This document shows positions 29,938 through 37,864 of a stretch of DNA of 64,000 nt, piece by piece. The stretch is taken from the NCBI GenBank assembly GCA_963717145.1, contig OY970325.1, forward strand, positions 3,168,001 through 3,232,000. Reading direction: 5' to 3'. The DNA is from an uncultured Armatimonadetes bacterium (GTDB taxonomy: Bacteria; Armatimonadota; UBA5829; DTJY01). Numbering within the stretch: position 1 is the first letter of the stretch; the number at the start of each line of letters is the position of its first letter. Below the pieces are notes generated by a model. It saw only the letters and a program-made list of their open reading frames with translations, searched no databases and was not told the origin of the DNA. A program made the position numbers and the translations under genes.

Positions 29938-31113
29938 ATGCGATATGTAAAGCGTTCGGCCAGCCTCGTTGTTTCGCTCATTGCGGTGCTGCTGGCGATA
30001 CTGCTCATATCGCCGACGGCATTTGCACAAAACCTTGGAGACCCCGAGATCAAAATGGGGCGCAAGGCCGCCACCGAAGTGGAGAAAGACTGCAAACTGG
30101 TCGATGATCCCGCCATCGTGCAACGGATCGAGATTATTGGCAACGCGATTGCCGAAATCGCCAACTCCCTCGAGGTAGAATCCACCTACGGCAGCAGTCG
30201 GATCACCCCGTTCAAGTATACGATCAAGGTGATCGACGATGAGGAGACGAACGCCTTCTGCCTGCCAGGCGGGTATGTCTACGTCAACAAGGGCCTCCTC
30301 GACGACGTTCAGTCCGATCACGAACTCGCGGGCGTCCTCGCCCACGAGATCGCTCATGCTTCCCACCACCACATGGCCTATATGCTGAAAGAGCAGAGCA
30401 AGCTCGATGGACGCATCGCGCTAGTGCTCATTGCCGGCATTCTGGGCAACATGGATGCCCAAGACCTCGGTCAGGTTCTGATGGGGGCACAACTGGTGCG
30501 GATAGCATACTCCAGCGGATACGGGCAGAAAGCCGAAGAGGACGCGGACAGAGCAGCCATTATGTACCTGAACAAGGCCGGGTACAACCCCGTCGGTTTG
30601 CTGACATTCATGGAACGCCTCGCGCGCGGTTACGCGGAGGAGACCCCAGATCGATCTGGGTATCTACCGCACTCATCCCCTTTCACGCGACCGTGCCAAG
30701 GCCATGATCGCCCAGATCGAGAGCCTCGGCCTCCCCATCAAGCGACGTGAGGTAACAGATGCGATCAAGGCCGTGACGGAGAGCGTCGGCGGAGACGACA
30801 AGGCGCTGAGTTGCGTCAAGCTCGCGGACAGCGTTGTATTCGAGCCGGCGGCGATCGGCGAGACCCTGACTTCCGAACAGCGCGCTCAAACCATCGCTGC
30901 CAAGATCAACCAGGCGCTGGATCAGGAACCGCAGTTCCGACAGATCAAGCTCGACTCGGACAAGCGCACGGTAATGGCGCGCGGGGAACCCTTGATCGTT
31001 GTGACCGATGAGGATGCGGCGCTGAACGGGAAGCCGGTCCCGGAACTCGCTGAGCAGGCCGCCGAGCCCTCCGGACCTTCATCTGGAGGCAGGCCCTTCT
31101 GTCGATGTATTGA
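29938..31113 (+). CDS. Secreted M48 (BepA-like) metalloprotease (frameshifts near 30640 and 31067)
   Basis: NAFCLPGG, HEIAH, EEDAD; correction restores IYRTHP and the end ALRTFIWRQALLSMY-stop. Confidence 0.85.
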
Positions 31114-31114
31114 T

Positions 31115-31208
31115 TCCTCGGAGTGCGGTGGCTTGACACCACCTTGTATCTCTAATGGCTATTGCACCCGGGATGCAAGGCGGTGTCAAGCCACCGCACT
31201 CCAGGGAG
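31115..31208. repeat. REP doublet, family D
   Basis: Same arms as 29648-29717. Confidence 0.85.
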
Positions 31209-31277
31209 CCCCTGTTGTTTGGCGCATCTCCCCTACCTGGGTATACCTCTGTAAATCCACTACACGGAGGTGTAATT

Positions 31278-31962
31278 GTGATCAGGAAGACTCTCTGCGT
31301 TTTGGCAGCCGTGCTTCTACTGGCGCTGCCGGTTCTTGCCCAGAATGAGCCGAACATGGGCGGAGGAATGCCTCCCGCAATGGGAATGCCCGGCATGGGC
31401 GGTGGCGGCATGATGGGTGGCATGGGTGGCGGCGGTATGATGGGTCACATGGGCGGTGGTGGCATGATGGGCCCGGGCGGCATGGGGCCGGATCAGTGTC
31501 TCATGATGCACATCCAGTCACTCGGACTCACTGACGACCAGATGGGCCGACTACGCCCCATCATGACCGACTACCAGAAGGAGAAGATCAACCTTAGCGG
31601 CCAGATCCAGATCAAGGAGATCGATCTCCACACCATAATGATGGCGGACACTGTGGACATGAAGAAGGTGGAAGCCCAGGTGCGCGATATCAATCGCCTG
31701 CAGGGTGACCTCCAACTGGCTCGGGATCCAGGCATTCCTTGCCGGAAAGAAGATACTTACCCCGGAGCAGATGCGGATGCTCCACCAGCAGATGGGGATG
31801 TGCATGGGCTCATGCCCGATGATGGGCGGAGGAATGCAGATGCCAATGATGGGCGGTCAGGGCATGATGGGAGGAGGAATGCCCGGAATGGCCCCCGGAC
31901 AGATGTCGCCCGGTCCCGGAGGCCCGATGAAGCCTCCCACTCCGCCGGCCGGTCGGTACTGA
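31278..31962 (+). CDS. Spy/CpxP-like periplasmic protein with Met/Gly-rich ends (extra G near 31724)
   Basis: Signal peptide; LGLTDDQ and ILTPEQ (LTxxQ) motifs. Confidence 0.8.
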
Positions 31963-31999
31963 CAGCCGGTTTAGCGCTGGTTTGTGTCGGGTACACATC

Positions 32000-32115
32000 T
32001 GGAGTGCGGGATCAGCCCTCACCCCCGACCCCTCTCCCAGAGGGCGAGGGAGGGTTCCGCGCTCCCCTCGCCCTCTGGGAGAGGGGTCGGGGGTGAGGGC
32101 TGATCCCGCACTCCA
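32000..32115. repeat. Nested palindrome: GGAGTGCGG ends around CCCTCACCCCCGACCCCTCTCCC arms
   Basis: About 50-bp inverted repeat. Confidence 0.88.
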
Positions 32116-32137
32116 CAGGAAGAAAGGTAGAAGAGTC

Positions 32138-32533
32138 ATGCCCGAGTTTGTCAACCCGTTTTCCGGAACCGTTCCGCGCACGATAACCGATGGCGAACTG
32201 GTCCGAGCCATCATGCTGAACATCGCAGCCGAGTTGGAAGCGGTCCATGCCTACACATCCCACATGGACGCCACCGACAATCCGGATGCGAAGAAGGTCC
32301 TGTACGACATCGCGCTGGAAGAGCTGGTACACGCCGGCGAGTTCACAAACCTGCTCTACCGGCTGAATCCGATCGCCGCGGAGAAGGCGAAGGAGGGTTT
32401 CGCCGAGGTGGATGCGCTCCTGGCCGCGAGTGCTCCGGTCGAGGTCGCCGCTGAGGAGACCGAGGAGGCCCCGATTGCGACGCCCCAGGGTCTGACGGTG
32501 GGCAACATGGTCGGGATGGAGCAATCTCAATAG
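32138..32533 (+). CDS. Ferritin-like (rubrerythrin-related) protein with putative encapsulin cargo peptide
   Basis: AAELEAVHAY, EELVHAGEF diiron motif; acidic linker then GLTVGNM. Confidence 0.82.
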   Translation: MPEFVNPFSGTVPRTITDGELVRAIMLNIAAELEAVHAYTSHMDATDNPDAKKVLYDIALEELVHAGEFTNLLYRLNPIAAEKAKEGFAEVDALLAASAPVEVAAEETEEAPIATPQGLTVGNMVGMEQSQ

Positions 32534-32541
32534 GCTGCACG

Positions 32542-32570
32542 TTGACTCCTACCCTCGGATATGGTAGAAT
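32542..32570 (+). promoter_or_regulatory. tRNA promoter
   Basis: TTGACT-17-TAGAAT followed by a GC-rich discriminator. Confidence 0.65.
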
Positions 32571-32589
32571 TCCGCGCGTCCACTCGCGC

Positions 32590-32681
32590 GGAGCGGTGTC
32601 CGAGTTGGTCTAAGGAGCACGACTGGAAATCGTGTAGCGGGGATAACTCGCTCGTGGGTTCGAATCCCACCCGCTCCGCCA
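32590..32681 (+). tRNA. tRNA-Ser(GGA)
   Basis: GGAGCGG/CCGCTCC acceptor stem, CACGA-CTGGAAA-TCGTG anticodon arm, long variable arm, GGTTCGAATCC, encoded CCA. Confidence 0.96.
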
Positions 32682-33611
32682 TTATCCCCTTTGCTGCCTG
32701 CCACAGTCCGATACTTCGGCGCGGATGACCTCCAGGGCGTGAGGGAGGATCGTCCGAAGAAGAGCCGAGCCCTCCTCGACCGCACGTCTGCTTCCCGGTA
32801 GATTGATGATGAGCGTCCGACCCCGCAATCCGCTCACTCCTCGGGAAAGGCACGCGTAGGGCGTGTGGCGCATTCCCTCCTGCCTCAACGCCTCCGATAT
32901 CCCCGGCGCGGGCGATTCGATGACCGCGAGCGTCGCTTCGGGCATTCGATCTCTCTCGGCAAGACCGGTACCCCCGGTCGTGAGAATGACGTCGACGGCG
33001 CATCGGTCCGCCAGGAATGTCAGTCTCTCGCTCAGAAGGCGTTCATCGTCGGAGAGGACGCTGTAGTCGGCAAGTGCGACGCCCAGGTCCTCGAGCAGGC
33101 CGACGAGCACGGGACCGCTCTCATCCTCCCGCTCGCCTCTCGAACATCGGTCGCTCGACGTGAGGACCGCGCCCACTTTCAACGCGGTCGGTTCGATCGA
33201 ATCGCCCGGTGAAATGCCCCCGCCGCGGAGGACTTTCGCGAACACGCCTTCCCGGGGCATAATGCAGTCCCCCAGGCGCTTGCCGATGCTGCACGGCGAA
33301 TGGCACACCTTCCCGATCTCGGAGATCTGGAGGATCGTCTCGCCCACCTGCAGCCGGGGTCCGATGCCCATCGAGATCAGGTCGATGCCCTGGACGGTCA
33401 AGTTCTCGCCGAAGTCGCCAGGGTTCAACTCCATTCCCTTGGCGCGCCCCTTGTCGATCGATTCCTCTGAGAGCAGGCTCACCTGCTTGCCCGCACCGAA
33501 GTGAGCGTCGCCCTCGACACCCTGACCGGCGACAAGGGTCACAGTGGCGGTCGGTAGCTTCTTCTCGCCCTTATTCGGAGCTGTGTTAACGGAGACTACT
33601 CTGCCTTGCAT
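32682..33611 (-). CDS. MOSC domain + MogA/MoaB molybdopterin adenylyltransferase fusion
   Basis: GDAH, PGDFGENL, CIMPREG; then SDRCSRGEREDESG, TTGGTG, INLPGS. Confidence 0.9.
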   Translation of the reverse strand: MQGRVVSVNTAPNKGEKKLPTATVTLVAGQGVEGDAHFGAGKQVSLLSEESIDKGRAKGMELNPGDFGENLTVQGIDLISMGIGPRLQVGETILQISEIGKVCHSPCSIGKRLGDCIMPREGVFAKVLRGGGISPGDSIEPTALKVGAVLTSSDRCSRGEREDESGPVLVGLLEDLGVALADYSVLSDDERLLSERLTFLADRCAVDVILTTGGTGLAERDRMPEATLAVIESPAPGISEALRQEGMRHTPYACLSRGVSGLRGRTLIINLPGSRRAVEEGSALLRTILPHALEVIRAEVSDCGRQQRG

Positions 33612-34090
33612 GACTCACCCTCGCGCTCGAAGTGTCCGCTCTTTCCGCCTGCTTTCTCGACGAGACGGATATCGCTGATCGTCGCCTCCCGGTCTATCGC
33701 CTTCACCATGTCGTATATGGTGAGTGCCGCGATCGAGACGGCGACGAGCGCCTCCATTTCGACGCCGGTGCGCCCGTGACACGAGACACGCGACTCGATC
33801 TCGACACTCGATCGATCGGCGCACAGTGTAAGTCCTATTTCCACGCTGTCCAGGGGGAGACTGTGGCACAGCGGAATGAGTTCGTCGCACCGCTTGGCGG
33901 CCATGATGCCGGCGATTCGAGCGGTGGAGAGGACGTCACCCTTGGCGACACGGTTCTCGGCGATGGCATCGAGTGTCGGCTGACGGACATAGACCGTTCC
34001 CCGAGCCCTCGCATAGCGCTCTGTGATCGGCTTCTCTGAGACATCCACCATTCGGGCCTTTCCACTCTCATCGACGTGCGACAATTCCAT
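33596..34090 (-). CDS. moaC: Cyclic pyranopterin monophosphate synthase
   Basis: LSHVD, MVDV, LIPLCH, TGVEMEAL, TIYDMVKA, GGKSG. Confidence 0.96.
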   Translation of the reverse strand: MELSHVDESGKARMVDVSEKPITERYARARGTVYVRQPTLDAIAENRVAKGDVLSTARIAGIMAAKRCDELIPLCHSLPLDSVEIGLTLCADRSSVEIESRVSCHGRTGVEMEALVAVSIAALTIYDMVKAIDREATISDIRLVEKAGGKSGHFEREGESCKAE

Positions 34091-34109
34091 GATTCGTCTC
34101 CCTTGCGAC

Positions 34110-34192
34110 CCTTGATTCCCGTAGGGGCGATCCTTCAACGGTCGCCATTTCGACGGGCGACCGTTGAAGGATCGCCCCTACGGGAATCAAGG
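34110..34192. repeat. GTAG-type REP doublet, family A
   Basis: CCTTGATTCCCGTAGGGGCGATCCTTCAACGGTCGCC...GGCGACCGTTGAAGGATCGCCCCTACGGGAATCAAGG. Confidence 0.87.
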
Positions 34193-34926
34193 CTACAACA
34201 ACTTGACCGCAGCAGTCACGAGAACTGCTGCGAGTACTCGACACAGCGTCAAACTGGAGAAGGTCCTGGCTCCAAGGCTGGACCCAGCAGTCCTCCGGCC
34301 AACGCGGCCAACGGCAGTACGGGAACGATACCGAAGTCTGCATTGTGGCTTATCACCCGACTGCCGAGGCCCGCAATCGAGTTCACGACGATGAAGAACG
34401 CCGATGTCGCGGCAATCTGCTTTGCATTTCCCCACCGCGCGAGCAGCGCCACGGGACTCAGGAAGATCCCGCCTCCGATTCCTACGATTCCCGACAGAAG
34501 CCCTATGAAGCCGCCAAGCGGTGCGGCCAGGGGAAGTCGAGGGGGACGAACCTCCCCCTTACCTATCAAGGGATTCAGCAGTCCGGACAAGCGGACCGCC
34601 GCCACGATCAGCGCAAAGGCAAGAAGCAGCGAATATGCCCTCTCCGGCACATCGATCGCCCCTCCGATAACGGCCCCTGGTATCGACAGCACGATGAACG
34701 GCCAGGTGAGACCAAGGCTGAAATGCTTCGAGTGACAGAAGCTGAGGCAGGCAGTCCCGGCTACCAGGATATTCAGCACCAGAGCCGTCGTTGCCATCTC
34801 AGCGCGTGGTATCGCAAGCAGAGAGAGAACCGCCAGATAGCCGGATGCTCCACCGTGCCCGACGGAAGAGTAAAGCGCTGCGACCGCAAATATCAGTATC
34901 GGCGCCCAGATCGGTAATCCGTCCAT
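34193..34926 (-). CDS. TauE/SafE-family transporter (missing base near 34283)
   Basis: YSSVGHGGASGY, GIGGGIFLSP, ATSAFFI; the last helix lies in the frame ending at 34193. Confidence 0.87.
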
Positions 34927-34929
34927 GAT

Positions 34930-36150
34930 TCACTCGAAGAAGATGATTTGCAGGTCTTGACCCGACGCCACGTCGCCGGAATGCTCAGGAATCACGACGT
35001 ATGAGTTCGCGCCGACCATCGAACTCAACCTGCCCGAGCCCTGCATCCCGGCGGGAGTCGCAACGTACCTGCCGTTCTCCCATTTCGTCGTCGCCCGGAC
35101 GAACTCCCGGACGCCGGGTTTGTGCCTGACGTTGCAGGTCACGGAACCTGAGACGGTCGCGTAAGTCGCGGACTCGACCCCCATCATGCGCCCGATCGCC
35201 GGGCGTACGAACAGGTCGAATGTCACCATCGACGAGACCGGATTGCCTGGAAGCCCGAAGAGCGGCACGTCCCCGATGCGACCGTAGGCGAGCGGCTTCC
35301 CCGGCTTCACGGCGACCTTCCAGAACCGCATCTCGCCGAGCTTGGCCAGCGTCTCCTTGACGAAATCGTAATCGCCTACCGACACACCGCCCGATACGAT
35401 GATCAGATCGGAAACCGCCGCTGCCGATGTCAAGACGCGCTCGAGTTCATCCCGCTCGTCGATGACCCGCGCGGTCAGCGACACCTCCGCGCCTGTCTGG
35501 AGCACCTGCCCGGAGAGAGAGTACTGGTTGCTGTTTCGTATCTGGCCGGGACCCGGAGATTCCGATACATCGACTAACTCGTTGCCCGAGGTGATGACCG
35601 CCACTCTGGGCTTCCTGTACACCATCACCTGAGCCTTCCCGAGGGCAGCCAGCATTCCCATCTCAGCGGGCCTGACGCGGACGCCTGACCTCAAGACCAG
35701 CTCGCCACGCTTGACATCTTCTCCCGCGGGCCTGACATTCCATCCCTGCCCGACTTCTCGGAGGATACGAACCGCTCCCTCACGGCGCTCAGTATCCTCC
35801 ACCATGATGACGGCATCGGCGCCTTTGGGAACGGGCGCGCCGGTCATGATCCGAACCGCCGTGCCCGGAACGACTACCTCGCTCACCATGACGCCGGCCG
35901 GCGCTTCCGCGATGACTCGCAACTCCCTCAGCGAGTCCTTCCCCGCCCCGACGGTGTCCGCGGCGAGAACGGCATACCCATCCATCGCCGAGTTGTCGAA
36001 GGGCGGGAGGTCACCGTCGGCCCGGATGTCCTCCGCCAGGATTCGGCCAAGGGCGTCCCCGAGGGCGACTACCTCAGAGCCGAGCTTGGGGGTGCTGCTC
36101 AGTATGGTCTCCAGGGCCGCGTCAGGACTCATGGGCGCGTTGTCGTGCAT
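34930..36150 (-). CDS. moeA: Molybdopterin molybdotransferase
   Basis: PPFDNSAMDGYA, IMTGAP, SGGVSVGDYD, KPGKP, LPGNPVS. Confidence 0.96.
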   Translation of the reverse strand: MHDNAPMSPDAALETILSSTPKLGSEVVALGDALGRILAEDIRADGDLPPFDNSAMDGYAVLAADTVGAGKDSLRELRVIAEAPAGVMVSEVVVPGTAVRIMTGAPVPKGADAVIMVEDTERREGAVRILREVGQGWNVRPAGEDVKRGELVLRSGVRVRPAEMGMLAALGKAQVMVYRKPRVAVITSGNELVDVSESPGPGQIRNSNQYSLSGQVLQTGAEVSLTARVIDERDELERVLTSAAAVSDLIIVSGGVSVGDYDFVKETLAKLGEMRFWKVAVKPGKPLAYGRIGDVPLFGLPGNPVSSMVTFDLFVRPAIGRMMGVESATYATVSGSVTCNVRHKPGVREFVRATTKWENGRYVATPAGMQGSGRLSSMVGANSYVVIPEHSGDVASGQDLQIIFFE

Positions 36151-37200
36151 CTATCCTCCAACCGAACACATCGCGTCGGCCTGAATGGCGCTGATCATCG
36201 ACGACGCCTCTGAGAGCTTGTGGCAACCGAGCCGGGAGAGCAATTCGCCCAACCTGGCGATCAAGTCCCGTTCGTGCAATATCGGGCGGAGGTCCGCCTC
36301 GATCGGGAGTCGCAGGCACGGCTTCAGCGCGCCTGAGGAGGTGACACGGACGCGGCTGCATCGGTCGCAGAAGGGCTCGGACATCGGACTGATGATACCG
36401 ATCGCGCCTCGTCCACCGGGAATGGAGTACAGACGCGCCGAGGAGCCCCTCTCACCGGGCATCGGCGTCAGATCGCCGAGGATCTCACGGATCTCCTCGG
36501 CCCCGACATACATGGCCTGCCATTCTGTCTCACAGCGCTGTAGGGGCGCGCCTTGTGCCGCCTGGTATCCGGTTGCGGGCGGCACAAGGCGCGCCCCTAC
36601 GGCGTGAGCCTGGCCTGCCAGCGGCATCAGCTCGATGAAGCGAACGTCCACGGGCATCGTCCTCGCCAGGTTCGCGATGGCCGGCAGTTCCCCGTCGTTG
36701 ATCCCTCGCATCACGACCGTGTTGATCTTCACCTTGTCGAAGCCGCACTGCACGGCGGCTTCGATACCGCTGAGGACCTCCTGGAGACGATCCTGGCCGG
36801 CTATCCGGCGGAAGGTCTCGGGGTTCAGCGTGTCGAGGCTGATGTTGACCGCCTGCAGCCCTGCGCCCCTGAGTTCTGAGGCAAGCTGAGGAAGCCGAGT
36901 GCCATTGGTGGTGAGCGCAACCGTTTCGATCCCCGGCGTGCGGGCAATGCTCCTCACTGTCTCCACGACATCGTCTCTTACGAGGGGCTCGCCACCCGTC
37001 AGTCGGACCTTGGTGATGCCGTTTTGGGCAAACGCATCGACCAGGATGGCAATCTCGGACGCCGATAGAGAATCGTCAGGCGTGACCGGCTGCTCACCGG
37101 GTCTGCAGTACGTGCAGCACAGGTCGCATCGGTCCGTTATCGAGAGCCGCAGATAGGTGCTCTTCCGCGACTCCAGGCTCAAGTGGGAGAGTTGCCGCAT
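36151..37200 (-). CDS. moaA: GTP 3',8-cyclase with in-frame palindrome insertion
   Basis: YLRLSITDRCDLCCTYC, TGGEPL, RFIELMP, FCDRCSRVR, C-terminal GG. Confidence 0.94.
   Translation of the reverse strand: MRQLSHLSLESRKSTYLRLSITDRCDLCCTYCRPGEQPVTPDDSLSASEIAILVDAFAQNGITKVRLTGGEPLVRDDVVETVRSIARTPGIETVALTTNGTRLPQLASELRGAGLQAVNISLDTLNPETFRRIAGQDRLQEVLSGIEAAVQCGFDKVKINTVVMRGINDGELPAIANLARTMPVDVRFIELMPLAGQAHAVGARLVPPATGYQAAQGAPLQRCETEWQAMYVGAEEIREILGDLTPMPGERGSSARLYSIPGGRGAIGIISPMSEPFCDRCSRVRVTSSGALKPCLRLPIEADLRPILHERDLIARLGELLSRLGCHKLSEASSMISAIQADAMCSVGG
36536..36604. repeat. GTAG-type REP doublet inside moaA
   Basis: GTAGGGGCGCGCCTTGTGCCGCC-N15-GGCGGCACAAGGCGCGCCCCTAC. Confidence 0.85.
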
Positions 37201-37210
37201 CAGAATCGTT

Positions 37211-37864
37211 TCAACCGCGTGAGACCATTATACCCCGGCGCGGGAAAGGGATCAATTCCATTGAGGCGGATGAGCACACATCGATGAAGGCCCGGTTTGC
37301 GGAGTCACGAGGAAGGAGCATTGGATGCACCGGGATCACCCTCCCTGTGTTTCTGAGCAGACTCGAAGGATCGCCGGCCGCGTGACCGGTGGGAACATTC
37401 AGTGCCACCAGATCGATCCGGTCGAGACACCTTAGCGCAGACGGTTTGACCTCCTCCACGCCCCCTCTCGCCACGAGAACGTTCAATCCATTGAGCAGAG
37501 GAATCGCAGTCGTGCTCTCGACGATGACTCCCGGTGCGTCCGATAGCTGGTCGAGCGCCGACTCCAGGGCGGCCGGAAGTGACTCCGGGAGCGAGCGTAT
37601 CCACAGGACGCGGTCCGCTCCGGCCTCGAGTAACAGAGCGGTGTCCTTGCCCCGACGGGCGATGGCCGTCGGGTCGGCGATGACCGCGAAGGGCCCGTCA
37701 GGAGGCGAACACGCGCCGCAGTCCTGGCCGTGCGGGCAGATCTCGTCGGGAAGAGAAGGGGTGACCTTGATCGCGGCCCAGCCGGGAAAGGCCCTGAGCA
37801 GCAGAGCAGCCACCGCTGTCTTACCGCAGTGAGCTGAAGCTCCGCCAATGCAAATCAACTTCAA
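37211..37864 (-). CDS. MobB-like P-loop protein with Cys cluster
   Basis: GGASAHCGKT, CPHGQDCGAC, GKDT..LLEAGA, VIVES. Confidence 0.6.
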   Translation of the reverse strand: MKLICIGGASAHCGKTAVAALLLRAFPGWAAIKVTPSLPDEICPHGQDCGACSPPDGPFAVIADPTAIARRGKDTALLLEAGADRVLWIRSLPESLPAALESALDQLSDAPGVIVESTTAIPLLNGLNVLVARGGVEEVKPSALRCLDRIDLVALNVPTGHAAGDPSSLLRNTGRVIPVHPMLLPRDSANRAFIDVCSSASMELIPFPRRGIMVSRG

